A DNA stretch of 64,000 bases from Alphaproteobacteria bacterium 46_93_T64 (GTDB lineage Bacteria; Pseudomonadota; Alphaproteobacteria; Sneathiellales; Sneathiellaceae): positions 9,250 through 73,249 of the forward strand of contig MAAN01000020.1 of assembly GCA_002163135.1 (NCBI GenBank), read 5' to 3'. Below the pieces are notes generated by a model that saw only the letters and a list, made by a program, of their open reading frames with translations, was not told where the DNA came from and made no database searches. The translations under genes and the position numbers were made by a program. Below are positions 48,339 through 58,340 of this stretch, one piece after another. Within the stretch, counting starts at the first letter, position 1; each line of letters opens with the position of its first letter.

Positions 48339-48830
48339 ATGCCAAATAAAAATCTCAATCAAATAGAAATTAGAGAAAATACCGGCCAATTCTCCAATTG
48401 GACGGAACTCCTCGACTTAATCCAGACGGCGTTTAAAAGCATGGAAGGCAGGATCAATCCCCCCTCTTCAATGCACAAGCTTACAATTGAAAATCTCGCT
48501 CAAAAAGCGGCCGAGGAGACATTAATCTACGCCAACTGCGACGATAAGCTGGTTGGCTGTGCATTTGCTTGCGATAGAGAAGATGCTCTTTACATCGGAA
48601 AAGTATCAATTGCTCCAGATTTTCAAGGTCATGGCCTTGGTAAATCCATTGTTGAAGCCTGCAAAAAACTCGCAAAAAGAAAAGGCTGTAACGAATTGGA
48701 ACTTGAGACAAGAATTGAACTTACTAAAAACCACGAATTCTTTAGTAAACTGGGCTTCGTCAAAATTTCAGAAAAATCCCACGAAGGTTTTGATCGTCCC
48801 ACAAGTATAACAATGCGCTGTAAGGTCTAG
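48339..48830 (+). CDS. GNAT family N-acetyltransferase
   Basis: Acetyl-CoA motif IGKVSIAPDFQGHGLGKSIVEA, and HEFFSKLGF. Confidence 0.8.
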   Translation: MPNKNLNQIEIRENTGQFSNWTELLDLIQTAFKSMEGRINPPSSMHKLTIENLAQKAAEETLIYANCDDKLVGCAFACDREDALYIGKVSIAPDFQGHGLGKSIVEACKKLAKRKGCNELELETRIELTKNHEFFSKLGFVKISEKSHEGFDRPTSITMRCKV

Positions 48831-48834
48831 ATAT

Positions 48835-49191
48835 ATGAAAATTGATGCATTTAATGAATTCTGTGGGTCCCTTACTGCCACAAGCAATGTCATACAATGG
48901 GGAAACGCAAGTGTCTGGAAAGTTGGCGGAAAGATTTTCGCCATTTGCTCTCACTGGGGCACAGGGATAGAGGAAAAATATTCCTTTAAATGCAGTGACC
49001 TTTCCTACTCAATCCTGATTGAGCAAAACGGCATCATCCCTGCCCCTTATCTCGCTCGGGCTAAATGGGTGCAACTGGAGACCTACGGCGCCCTAGACGA
49101 TGAAGATATGCGCTCCTACATCGAAAACGCTCACAACATTATCTCAAAGAAACTAACTAAAATCAGGCAAAAGGAATTGGGACTGATTTAG
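48835..49191 (+). CDS. MmcQ/YjbR family protein
   Basis: FCGSLTATSNVIQWGNASVWKVGGKIFAI is typical of the YjbR family. It starts 4 nt after the GNAT stop. Confidence 0.75.
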   Translation: MKIDAFNEFCGSLTATSNVIQWGNASVWKVGGKIFAICSHWGTGIEEKYSFKCSDLSYSILIEQNGIIPAPYLARAKWVQLETYGALDDEDMRSYIENAHNIISKKLTKIRQKELGLI

Positions 49192-49209
49192 CAAGATTAC
49201 TCTCAACTT

Positions 49210-49647
49210 TTAAAAAGAAACTGTAACTCTATTCCCACGAATTCTTAAGTCTCTTTTGGATTTCAAATCAGTATATTTAGTCCCAGTTACGACACAAGCA
49301 GCACGTGAACCTGTGATTTTTGACTGTTCAATTAGAAAACGCGTAGCAACAACAGTTTTATCGTTCATATAAAACTCAGCTTCATTAAGCCAAGCATCAA
49401 CAAGCCTATTCAAGCTACCGGAGGTTCCAATATAGTATCCACAAATTTCAAGGTTCTCTGCATTCTCTCTTGTTTTTAAATAAATTTGTGTCTCCTGACC
49501 ACGATACGTTTGGGACCACTTAACAGAATATTGATAAAACCCAGCGGAGCTCCCGACCTTTTCGTAGGTTGTCGGGCCTAATGCACCATTGGTAACACAT
49601 GCATTTAATAGAAAAATAACAGCACTGAGCAACAAGTAACGCAACAT
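49210..49647 (-). CDS. Small lipoprotein of unknown function
   Basis: MLRYLLLSAVIFLLNAC lipobox. The ATG at 49647 is preceded by GGAGAG. No family recognised. Confidence 0.55.
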   Translation of the reverse strand: MLRYLLLSAVIFLLNACVTNGALGPTTYEKVGSSAGFYQYSVKWSQTYRGQETQIYLKTRENAENLEICGYYIGTSGSLNRLVDAWLNEAEFYMNDKTVVATRFLIEQSKITGSRAACVVTGTKYTDLKSKRDLRIRGNRVTVSF

Positions 49648-49732
49648 ATAGCTCTCCAAAAGTTGAAAACACTTACTTTCGAAAAACTACTATACCAAGT
49701 ATTACTCAGCAACAAAAACAACAAATTGGAAA

Positions 49733-49762
49733 ATCATAAAAAAACCCGCCACATGGGCGGGT
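49733..49762 (-). terminator. ilvD intrinsic terminator
   Basis: On the minus strand, CCCGCC CATGT GGCGGG is followed by TTTTTTT. It lies about 25 nt after the ilvD stop. Confidence 0.75.
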
Positions 49763-49785
49763 TTTCTAAAATCTTGTGGTTTAGT

Positions 49786-51639
49786 CTACTTTTCAAGCTG
49801 GCTCACGTCGCGGATTGCGCCACGGGCAGCGCTTGTGGTCAAGGCTGCGTAGGCTCTCAAAGCTTTTGAGACCACACGTGTTCTTTTCTCGGTTGGTGCC
49901 CAAGCGGCGTCGCCCTTTGCTATCATTGCGGCCCGGCGTGCCTCCATTTCCTCGTCACTGATGGCTAAATTGATTGTTCTGTTTGGAATATCGATTTCAA
50001 TTGTATCGCCTTCCTGTACCAGACCGATATTGCCGCCTTCAGCTGCTTCGGGGGATACATGACCGATAGACAATCCAGAGGTCCCCCCAGAGAAACGCCC
50101 ATCCGTTAGAAGTGCGCATTCTTTACCAAGTCCCTTTGATTTCAGATAAGTCGTTGGATACAACATTTCCTGCATACCTGGGCCGCCTTTTGGGCCTTCA
50201 TACTGGATAACAACCACATCACCGGCGACGATCTGATCACCAAGGATGGCTTCAACAGAACTATCTTGGCTTTCAAATATTCTCGCACGACCTGTGAATT
50301 TCAGAATGCTTGCATCCACGCCGGCTGTTTTTACGATACAACCTTCATGGGCGATATTTCCGTACAATACGGCAAGTCCACCGTCTTGACTAAACGCGTT
50401 TTGCTTCGTGCGAATGCAACCATTTACACGATCCGTATCGAGATCAGGGTACCGTTTTGACTGACTGAAGGCTTGTGTTGTCCGAACACCGCCCGGACCT
50501 GCACGGAAAAACTCCTGAACAGTATTACTGCGGGTCAACATAACATCCCACATTTCTATTGCATCATTCATCGTCGGTGCGTGTACTGTCGGTAACTCGT
50601 TATGGATCAACCCTGCTCGATTAAGCTCTCCCAAGATACCCATGATGCCACCCGCCCGATGTACATCTTCCATGTGATAATCTTGCGAACTTGGCGCAAC
50701 TTTACACAAATGAGGCACTTTGCGGCTAAGACGATCAATATCTTCCATCTTAAAGTTGATCTCACCTTCTTCTGCCGCAGCAAGTAAATGCAAAACAGTG
50801 TTGGTGGAACCGCCCATAGCGATATCCAATGTCATGGCATTTTCAAACGCCTTAAAACAAGCGATATCACGCGGTAACAAACCGTCTTCTTCAAGTTCAT
50901 AGTGGCGGCGTGTCGCATCAACGATCGTGCGCGCCGCATCAAGGAACAATTGCTTGCGGTCAGAATGCGTTGCAAGCAAACTTCCGTTTCCAGGCAATGC
51001 AAGGCCCAATGCTTCCGTTAGGCAGTTCATTGAATTAGCGGTAAACATACCAGAACAAGAGCCACATGTTGGGCAAGCTGAACGCTCAATTTCTGCGACT
51101 TCCTCATCGGAGACATCCGGATTACCCGCCTGAACCATGGCATCAATCAAATCCAGACCGATTTCCTTGCCATCCGCCATGCCTTTACCGGCTTCCATCG
51201 GGCCGCCAGAGACAAACACAACAGGAATGTTCAACCGCATTGCTGCCATCAACATACCCGGCGTAATTTTATCGCAGTTTGAAATACAAACGATTGCGTC
51301 CGCGCAGTGAGCGTTGACCATATATTCAACAGAGTCTGCAATGATTTCACGAGATGGTAAGCTGTAAAGCATGCCGTCATGCCCCATGGCAATCCCGTCA
51401 TCAACTGCAATCGTATTAAATTCTTTCGCGACACCACCGCATTTTTCAACTTCACGCGCCACAAGCTGGCCCATGTCTTTTAGATGTACATGGCCCGGCA
51501 CAAATTGGGTGAAAGAGTTAGCGATAGCAATAATCGGTTTGCCAAAATCCCCATCCTGCATTCCAGTTGCGCGCCACAAAGCACGCGCACCTGCCATGTT
51601 ACGTCCATGGGTAGAGGTTTTTGATTTATATTGCGGCAT
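49786..51639 (-). CDS. ilvD: Dihydroxy-acid dehydratase
   Basis: [26 protein letters not shown] start (ATG 51639 after AAGGA), a CDKITPGM cluster motif, and conservation along the full length. Confidence 0.96.
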   Translation of the reverse strand: MPQYKSKTSTHGRNMAGARALWRATGMQDGDFGKPIIAIANSFTQFVPGHVHLKDMGQLVAREVEKCGGVAKEFNTIAVDDGIAMGHDGMLYSLPSREIIADSVEYMVNAHCADAIVCISNCDKITPGMLMAAMRLNIPVVFVSGGPMEAGKGMADGKEIGLDLIDAMVQAGNPDVSDEEVAEIERSACPTCGSCSGMFTANSMNCLTEALGLALPGNGSLLATHSDRKQLFLDAARTIVDATRRHYELEEDGLLPRDIACFKAFENAMTLDIAMGGSTNTVLHLLAAAEEGEINFKMEDIDRLSRKVPHLCKVAPSSQDYHMEDVHRAGGIMGILGELNRAGLIHNELPTVHAPTMNDAIEMWDVMLTRSNTVQEFFRAGPGGVRTTQAFSQSKRYPDLDTDRVNGCIRTKQNAFSQDGGLAVLYGNIAHEGCIVKTAGVDASILKFTGRARIFESQDSSVEAILGDQIVAGDVVVIQYEGPKGGPGMQEMLYPTTYLKSKGLGKECALLTDGRFSGGTSGLSIGHVSPEAAEGGNIGLVQEGDTIEIDIPNRTINLAISDEEMEARRAAMIAKGDAAWAPTEKRTRVVSKALRAYAALTTSAARGAIRDVSQLEK

Positions 51640-51838
51640 TCTTTTTGTCCTTATCACTCGGCTAACTATTTACCTATGTTAGTACATTGTTCCCCGGCTA
51701 TGAACAAGAAAATGCATTAATCTCTCCCACGATATTCAGATTCTCTACGCATCAAATTAATCGTTCAGGTTGTATAATATAAATTAAATACTATTTCTTT
51801 ATCAGTTTGTTGAGTTATCAGCTTAGGGATATCGAATT

Positions 51839-53431
51839 ATGCAGTGTCAGGGAAAAACCCGTTTGGGCAAACGGTGCCGAAATCGGTCTTTAGACGGTGA
51901 ACTATTTTGTGATGTTCACATGAGAATTAATCATACGCACAATCTGGCACTAATGGTTCCGTTTCTGTTATGTGTTCTAGGCGGTTACTTCTTCTTCTTC
52001 GGGCTATTATTTGAAACTCTCCTGCTCGATGTCTTTGACATAAACTACCTTCAATATGCAGGTCTTGAGGATCTCTTTCTTAACATGATCCGCTTTGGAG
52101 CTATTGTTTCATTGTTTGTGGGCATGCTCTGGATATCTTATGCACTGATACTCTGTGTTGTTTTCAGCTGCTTACTGATCTGCCAAATGGTTCGATCTAC
52201 CCGCGATGAAAACCTCAACTTTATTAGCAGAGTTAAAATCATCGGCTTAAGTATCTCTGTCTTGTTCCTAAACATAATGTTGAGAGTGATTTACTTCATA
52301 CCTTCAATTGAAGGCCGACGCGGGAAGCGGATTGTTGTTTCTCAAGAAAATTTCACTCGCGTGCTATTTAATCTGCGTTCGAAAAGAGGAAAATTGCAAG
52401 CAGGACGCCCGTTTCTAACCGCCCGTCACGTATTCCAAAATTTCCTTTATTTTAGAACTATGGGAAATCACAGATTAGTTATATTTTCGCTCCTGATCTT
52501 CGTGTTGTCTTTTGGACTGACGTATTTCGCTACTGAAAAGGCGGAGTACGCACGTGCTTGCGCTCTTCTCTCAACAGGGACTGTTTTAGAAACATCAAGC
52601 CCCGCGGCATACAGTTTGGCTGAACCCTGCCGCTTTGATACCGAGGGAGGAGCGGTACAAACCGCGGCCCGAGAGAGCAGAACATCAAATACGCTGAAAA
52701 ATTTGTTTGGCATTATTCCAGTAGTTTTGAAAACAAATGACGGTCCGGTTCAACTTCTTCACTTGAGAACCACATCTCGTTTTGATCTTTTTTTCGATGG
52801 GCGGAACAACAGATCACTGGTCATCCCAAAAGGTATTCTCGTTGCAGGAACTGACACAGAAAAAGTTTCATCAATGCTCCCTACACTTACACGCCTTGAA
52901 AAGAAATTTACTGTGTTTGATGATAAGCTTGAAACCTCCCTCCGAAATATATCGGGGTTCAAAGACCAACTTAAGGAAACAAATTCACGCATTTCATTGC
53001 TAAAAACATCTCAGCAGTTAGATATGCTGCGCCTGCAATCCAAGAGCATTCATGAAAAGGCAAAGCAGGCGGTAACGACATCGCTGCAAATACCAAAAGA
53101 ATGTTGGAAGAAAGAACCGGATTATATTGTCAGTTACAAAAGCGGTGAATATACGCTGATGAACGCAGAAGTTCTGGATCAAATTGTTCGTCTATCGATT
53201 GAGTATCGTAGTCACATCCCAAGCAATCTTGTGATCACCGGCTATGCTGACAATCCGGGAAGCAAGCAAATCAATCAGAAAATCTCAACTTTGAGGGCCG
53301 AAAACATCGGTGCGCTTTTTGAAAGACTTGGCCTAACAGCGCATCAAATTATAGCTTTTGGAATGGGCGAAAATGACAGCCTCCGTTATCCTCAGCGCCG
53401 CACTGAAATTCGCTCATGTAATGTCTTTTAA
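51839..53431 (+). CDS. Membrane protein: N-terminal Cys3His motif, about 4-5 TM helices, coiled coil, OmpA-like C-terminal domain
   Basis: C3-x9-C13-x10-C24-x2-H27, hydrophobic helices between about aa 37 and 235, a heptad-like region around aa 345-400, and C-terminal VITGYADNPGSKQINQKISTLRAENIGALFERLGL resembling OmpA/MotB peptidoglycan-binding domains. Confidence 0.7.
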   Translation: MQCQGKTRLGKRCRNRSLDGELFCDVHMRINHTHNLALMVPFLLCVLGGYFFFFGLLFETLLLDVFDINYLQYAGLEDLFLNMIRFGAIVSLFVGMLWISYALILCVVFSCLLICQMVRSTRDENLNFISRVKIIGLSISVLFLNIMLRVIYFIPSIEGRRGKRIVVSQENFTRVLFNLRSKRGKLQAGRPFLTARHVFQNFLYFRTMGNHRLVIFSLLIFVLSFGLTYFATEKAEYARACALLSTGTVLETSSPAAYSLAEPCRFDTEGGAVQTAARESRTSNTLKNLFGIIPVVLKTNDGPVQLLHLRTTSRFDLFFDGRNNRSLVIPKGILVAGTDTEKVSSMLPTLTRLEKKFTVFDDKLETSLRNISGFKDQLKETNSRISLLKTSQQLDMLRLQSKSIHEKAKQAVTTSLQIPKECWKKEPDYIVSYKSGEYTLMNAEVLDQIVRLSIEYRSHIPSNLVITGYADNPGSKQINQKISTLRAENIGALFERLGLTAHQIIAFGMGENDSLRYPQRRTEIRSCNVF

Positions 53432-53488
53432 TCAAAATGATTAGCTGTGATACCGAGGAAATTACGAAAAGAATGGCCAACTACTTCT

Positions 53489-53524
53489 AAAGGGCGGATA
53501 GAGATAAAATTTCTACCCGCCTTT
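53489..53524. terminator. Hairpin between convergent genes (possible bidirectional terminator)
   Basis: AAGGGCGG-A-TAGA / TCTA-C-CCGCCTTT stem with one mismatch and a 9-nt loop, flanked by A-rich and T-rich tracts. Confidence 0.5.
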
Positions 53525-53545
53525 ATAGTGTTAGATTAGAGCCGT

Positions 53546-55105
53546 TTAACTAACTGATTTTCCCTGATCATCCCAATAAGGCTTTCGAAGCTCTGTTTTA
53601 AGAATTTTACCTGCGCCAGATAAAGGAAGCGGTTCCGACACAAAATCCGCACTCCTTGGGCATTTAAATCCAGCGATCAAACTATGGGTAAATTCGATTA
53701 ATTCTTTTTCCTCGGCGGTTTTTCCATCTGCCAAACGGATAATGGCGTGAACCTGCTCCCCCCATTTTTCATGTGGGATACCGATAACAGCACATTCAGC
53801 AACAGCCTCATGTTGATACAGGGCATTCTCAACCTCAGCTGAATATACGTTTTCACCACCTGAGATTATCATGTCTTTGACACGATCAACGATATAGACG
53901 AACCCTTGCTCATCCATATAGCCGCCGTCGCCTGTATGCATCCAACCATTCCGCATAGCTTCTGCAGTTTGTTCCGGCTTATTCCAGTACCCGAGCATTA
54001 CATTATCGCCGCGCACGCAAACTTCACCGATTGTGCCATAAGGCACTTCATTGTCATCTTCATCAAAGATACGAACATCAACCGCATAAGCCGCCCTGCC
54101 CGCAGATTTAAATCTGCCTGCATTTGGTCCTTCCAGCACATGAAATTCTGGACCAGTGAAGGTCACAAGCGGCGCACATTCGGTTTGGCCGTATGCATGC
54201 GTGAAACCACACTTTGGCAGAAGGTCGAGCGCCTTCACAATCACAGACTCCGGCATCGGGGATGCGCCGTAGACAATTTTGGTTAAACTGGAGAGATCAT
54301 AGTCGGTGATAGTCGGATCATTTACCACCATATTGACCATCGTTGGAACCAGCAGCGTCGTTGTTATTTTATGCTCCTGGATCGCGGCCATGGTCGCCGC
54401 CGGCGTAAAGCCCGGGGTCATGACATGCGCACTCAATCCCATTGTTGCCCCAAAAACGGCACAACCATCCGCAATATGAAACATCGGAGCCACATGAAGC
54501 CAACGGCTTTTTTCATCAAATCCGTAGGCAGGTAGTGAGTTCATTGTATTCACAACGAAATTCCGGTGGCTTAACATCACACCCTTGGAAACACCGGTTG
54601 TTCCGCCAGTATAAAACAAACCGGCGAGATCATCACCGCCCCGGCCCGCATCCGGAACAGGTGCGGTCTTGGCCAATTCATCTTCATAGTTCAACATACC
54701 AGTGGGGGTATCCCCATCGCCGATGTAGAAAACATGGCGCAGGCTACTGACGAGGCTAATCAGGTCTGGTACAACACCTGCGAATGCATCATCGACAAGC
54801 AGAATTTCAGAGCCGGAATCGTTTAGCCAATATGCAAATTCGGGAACCGCGAGACGCGTGTTAACCGGAACAAAAACACCACCGGCCCAAGGAACTGCAT
54901 AATAGAATTCAAGATACCGGTCAGAGTTCTGCGCAAGGATTGCAACACGCTCCCCCTCACCAATGCCGTGCTCCTGCAAAACTCCGGCAAATTTTTGGAC
55001 GCGTGTCTGAAGCTGTCCATATGTATGGACACGATCACTGCAAATCGATGCGATTGCATCCCGCTTCATCTGAACAGCGCGCGTCAACAGTTGAGAGATA
55101 TACAT
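53546..55105 (-). CDS. Long-chain/medium-chain fatty-acid--CoA ligase (class I adenylate-forming)
   Basis: LFYTGGTTGVSKGV, AYGQTE, TGDGGYMDEQGFVYIVDRVKDMI, SGAGKILK. Confidence 0.9.
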   Translation of the reverse strand: MYISQLLTRAVQMKRDAIASICSDRVHTYGQLQTRVQKFAGVLQEHGIGEGERVAILAQNSDRYLEFYYAVPWAGGVFVPVNTRLAVPEFAYWLNDSGSEILLVDDAFAGVVPDLISLVSSLRHVFYIGDGDTPTGMLNYEDELAKTAPVPDAGRGGDDLAGLFYTGGTTGVSKGVMLSHRNFVVNTMNSLPAYGFDEKSRWLHVAPMFHIADGCAVFGATMGLSAHVMTPGFTPAATMAAIQEHKITTTLLVPTMVNMVVNDPTITDYDLSSLTKIVYGASPMPESVIVKALDLLPKCGFTHAYGQTECAPLVTFTGPEFHVLEGPNAGRFKSAGRAAYAVDVRIFDEDDNEVPYGTIGEVCVRGDNVMLGYWNKPEQTAEAMRNGWMHTGDGGYMDEQGFVYIVDRVKDMIISGGENVYSAEVENALYQHEAVAECAVIGIPHEKWGEQVHAIIRLADGKTAEEKELIEFTHSLIAGFKCPRSADFVSEPLPLSGAGKILKTELRKPYWDDQGKSVS

Positions 55106-55190
55106 TTTCCGGTTTCCCCTGATGTTTTTTTATCGTTGCGACAAGTATCCAAAAAAAATCAAACAGGTAAAGCTCAAAAGGCTTAACGCC

Positions 55191-56408
55191 TTAATATGCC
55201 ATGCGGCGAACGCGCCATTCTCCGACAAGAAATGACAAAAGCCCAAGAACACAACATCCTATAACAACCAGAATTAATGGCATCGGTGTTGTTTCATAGG
55301 CCGCAAGTAAAGAACCCGCGATAAAGGTGCTAAGAGCGCCAAAGCCAATTTGCATGGAACCGGCAAGACCAGAAGCGGCGCCAACCCTGTCTGGGTCTGC
55401 ACCTATGGCTGTTGCAATGCCCGAAGAAATACAGAAGCCATTTCCCAAAGCAACGATCGACATAAGCCCAAAGAAACTAAACGGGCCCAACCCAATTGTC
55501 ATTTCCCATGTGTAGAGCATCAAAGCACCCAACACTGAAATAGAGGCCCCAATGCGGATCATCACTGAAACACCCAGTTTTTGAGTGAATTTTGCAGTGG
55601 CAAAATTTCCAAGAATGTAAAAAATAGACACAACAACAAAAAGCATTCCAAGCTGGCTCGCTGTGCCGCCCATCAAGTCAACCAATACAAATGACGATCC
55701 ACCTAGAAACGCAAAATAGGCAGACGTGCAAAAACTTACCTGTAGCGCATATGCCATAAATTTTGGATTACGCAGCAAATGTCCATAAGACAAGAACAAG
55801 CTTGCGAAACGCGCTTTGTGGCGTTTTTCCGGAGGCAAAGTCTCTTGCGCGCCCACAAAGACAACCATCAACGTGATAACGGCAAAACCGCTAACGAAAA
55901 TGAAACTTGCTTGCCAGCCGAACTGATCTTCCAGTACACCGCCAAGAGCCGGAGCCAATGTCGGAGCGATTACAATCGCCATGGTCAAATATGCAATCAC
56001 AGAGGCTGCTGCATCTGCATCATAGCGGTCCCGAACCATAGCACGTCCCATAACCATACCGGCGCAGCCACCAAAAGCCTGAATCATCCGACCAGCAATC
56101 ATCATCTCAATTGACGTCGCCAGCATGCAGACAAAGCTGCCTATTATTAAAACGCTCAATCCGAAAAAAATGATTGGCTTTCTTCCGATCCGATCGGAAA
56201 TAGGACCATAGATAAGTTGCGCGATGGCGATCGCCGCTAGGTAAAACGTCAACGTAAGTTGAGCTGACGCGTAATCGGTTTGAAACACATCCTGATAAGA
56301 AGACAAGGATGGCAGAACGATGTTCATGCCAAGCGGTCCACACATGCTAATAAATATCAACGCAGCCAAAAAAGCACGTGGGAGCTTGGAGCCCTGCATA
56401 TCTTGCAT
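55191..56408 (-). CDS. MFS transporter, Bcr/CflA drug-resistance subfamily
   Basis: 12-TM profile and GPISDRIGRKPII motif A. Confidence 0.88.
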   Translation of the reverse strand: MQDMQGSKLPRAFLAALIFISMCGPLGMNIVLPSLSSYQDVFQTDYASAQLTLTFYLAAIAIAQLIYGPISDRIGRKPIIFFGLSVLIIGSFVCMLATSIEMMIAGRMIQAFGGCAGMVMGRAMVRDRYDADAAASVIAYLTMAIVIAPTLAPALGGVLEDQFGWQASFIFVSGFAVITLMVVFVGAQETLPPEKRHKARFASLFLSYGHLLRNPKFMAYALQVSFCTSAYFAFLGGSSFVLVDLMGGTASQLGMLFVVVSIFYILGNFATAKFTQKLGVSVMIRIGASISVLGALMLYTWEMTIGLGPFSFFGLMSIVALGNGFCISSGIATAIGADPDRVGAASGLAGSMQIGFGALSTFIAGSLLAAYETTPMPLILVVIGCCVLGLLSFLVGEWRVRRMAY

Positions 56409-56665
56409 ATAATAGTCCAGAATGAAAAAAGAAGACAGGATACTTACAAGTAATATCGTTTGAAATCAATCAATCTTGAGGCAAATTAGATGAATTGTGT
56501 TCTGAGTCACAACAGCTATTACCGCGACGCTTTCAGAACATTAGAACTTAAACAAGTTTTTCAGAAGATACATTTCTAAATTGGACTTTATCTAAAAAGG
56601 TTCCCTATACTATAGAGAATAACGGTTCAATTTCTCCTGCGGGTGGTGCAACAAAGGATTTACTT

Positions 56666-58285
56666 GTGCGTATACTCTTGATAATCGCTGTTCTTTCAGT
56701 TCTCTCCGGCTGTGTGACCTTTAAGGGTTTCAACACAGCATCCAGAGCGAAAGGATTTGACTACTCACAATCGCCACGCATTTCATCTGCTGTCCTGAAT
56801 GCCTGTAACGACCCCATTTGTCTTCTTGATTTAGCCGCTAATGAAATCAAGGATGCTAAACCAATTGAAAAAGAAATATCTTATTCGATTTTTGCAGCAA
56901 CCTACCTGAAGCTTAATCGTGAAAAAGATGGGTTACACTTTCTGGACAAAGTTAAGTCAAAAAAAGTTCTCGACACTTTTTATGGCAGCTTTGGGTCCAT
57001 AAATAAGGGAAAGATAAACAAATTTCTAGCAGATACCCAGCGATGGCAGAGTGCAGAAATTCCATTGCCTAAAGTGTTACTTGGACGGCATGATAAGTTT
57101 GATAAACTGTTTGCAACCTTCCTAATTATTAATCGCCAGTATGAAGATGCCCTGCGCGTCATTGATACGCTGGATCATACCCTTAGCAAGAACGCTATTT
57201 ATTATCAACTTACCCAGGCAATGGTAAAAGAAAAACGATTTGAAGACGCTTGGAAACTTGCAGGCAAACTGAAGTTTGGGACGAAAAAACAAAATAAAGC
57301 GAAAGCAATTACCCTTGTCTTACACGGACAATATCGAGCTGGAGAGAAAAAAGAAGCCTTGGATAAATTGGCAGGTCTCACGTCCACGTTTGAAATTAAT
57401 AGCGCCAAAGCCGGTATTGCAATTGCAATGGCAGAAGATGGCCATGAAGAAGATGCCTTGCGCTTACTCGACGAAATTGACAAACAAAACATTAGAGGTG
57501 TTGGATATGGTGGCATGATTATCCATGCGGCTAAAAAAGGCGAATTAGACACTGTTCGTTCACTTTTGGAACATGCCGATGGGAAAAAGATCAAAGCCTC
57601 TTTCTACACAAAAATTCTTTCCGCTTTTGCTAAAGCTGGTCATATCGATACAGCCATTGAATTTGCAGGAAGCATACCATCGGATATAGCAACCATTTAC
57701 GCTCTAGCAGAATTGGGAGCTATAACCAAAGACGAAAAATATTTCAGGCAAGCGCTAATATTGGCGACGGAAGGAAAGAAAGCTTCCAGCGTGAGAAAAC
57801 GGTCTTTTGGAATCGCTTCAAAAATGGCGCAAGCTGGTTTCCTGAAGGAAGCAATTCTGACGCTTCATAATTATGACAACGAAAAAATTCGACCTTTGGT
57901 TAGATTATTGGTTTTTTCAAGTGTATTTGGATCAATTACGGTTCCAACAGATCCTGTAGAGGTTGTTGATCTCGCCGAACTTGACATGTCCTTATCCGAG
58001 CCAAGTGAATACAAACAGATTCTGAAAATAAATGCTCGCTTCATGCTTGTAGATAGATCCAAAATTGAAGCTATTGATAAATATTTGGCTCTTGTGGCTC
58101 AAGTTCAGAAAAAATCTGACAGAGACTATTTGCAAGGGCGCATTATCCCCCACCTTGCTTTCCTTGGTGAATTTGAAAAAGCTAACAATCTAATTGCAGG
58201 TATGGATTATACAGTTCACCGTATCTCGGCAATGATCCGTTTCGCAAATTTTCATATCTTCAAGAAAACGTTGGGAACCATATAG
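56666..58285 (+). CDS. Lipoprotein built of TPR/PPR-like helical repeats, unknown function
   Basis: GTG start after AAAGGA and lipobox LSGC. About 35-aa helical repeats recur (e.g. AEDGHEEDALRLLDEI, AKKGELDTVRSLLEHA, AKAGHIDTAIEFAGSI). Confidence 0.65.
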   Translation: MRILLIIAVLSVLSGCVTFKGFNTASRAKGFDYSQSPRISSAVLNACNDPICLLDLAANEIKDAKPIEKEISYSIFAATYLKLNREKDGLHFLDKVKSKKVLDTFYGSFGSINKGKINKFLADTQRWQSAEIPLPKVLLGRHDKFDKLFATFLIINRQYEDALRVIDTLDHTLSKNAIYYQLTQAMVKEKRFEDAWKLAGKLKFGTKKQNKAKAITLVLHGQYRAGEKKEALDKLAGLTSTFEINSAKAGIAIAMAEDGHEEDALRLLDEIDKQNIRGVGYGGMIIHAAKKGELDTVRSLLEHADGKKIKASFYTKILSAFAKAGHIDTAIEFAGSIPSDIATIYALAELGAITKDEKYFRQALILATEGKKASSVRKRSFGIASKMAQAGFLKEAILTLHNYDNEKIRPLVRLLVFSSVFGSITVPTDPVEVVDLAELDMSLSEPSEYKQILKINARFMLVDRSKIEAIDKYLALVAQVQKKSDRDYLQGRIIPHLAFLGEFEKANNLIAGMDYTVHRISAMIRFANFHIFKKTLGTI

Positions 58286-58290
58286 CCATT

Positions 58291-58319
58291 GAAAAAGGCG
58301 GCTTAAAAGCCGCCTTTTT
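58291..58319. terminator. Bidirectional intrinsic terminator (lipoprotein gene / valS)
   Basis: AAAAAGGCGGC TTAAAA GCCGCCTTTTT, with a perfect GC stem flanked by A5 and T5. Confidence 0.8.
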
Positions 58320-58340
58320 GAGCTCGTTAATTGCCTTTAC

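Noticed and set aside
48339-49191. GNAT plus a small downstream gene, considered as a GNAT-toxin/antitoxin (TacT-like) module
   Set aside because: The partner is a YjbR/MmcQ-family protein, not an RHH/DUF1778 antitoxin. The gene order is reversed relative to known GNAT toxin-antitoxin pairs. The GNAT resembles a common housekeeping-type alphaproteobacterial family.
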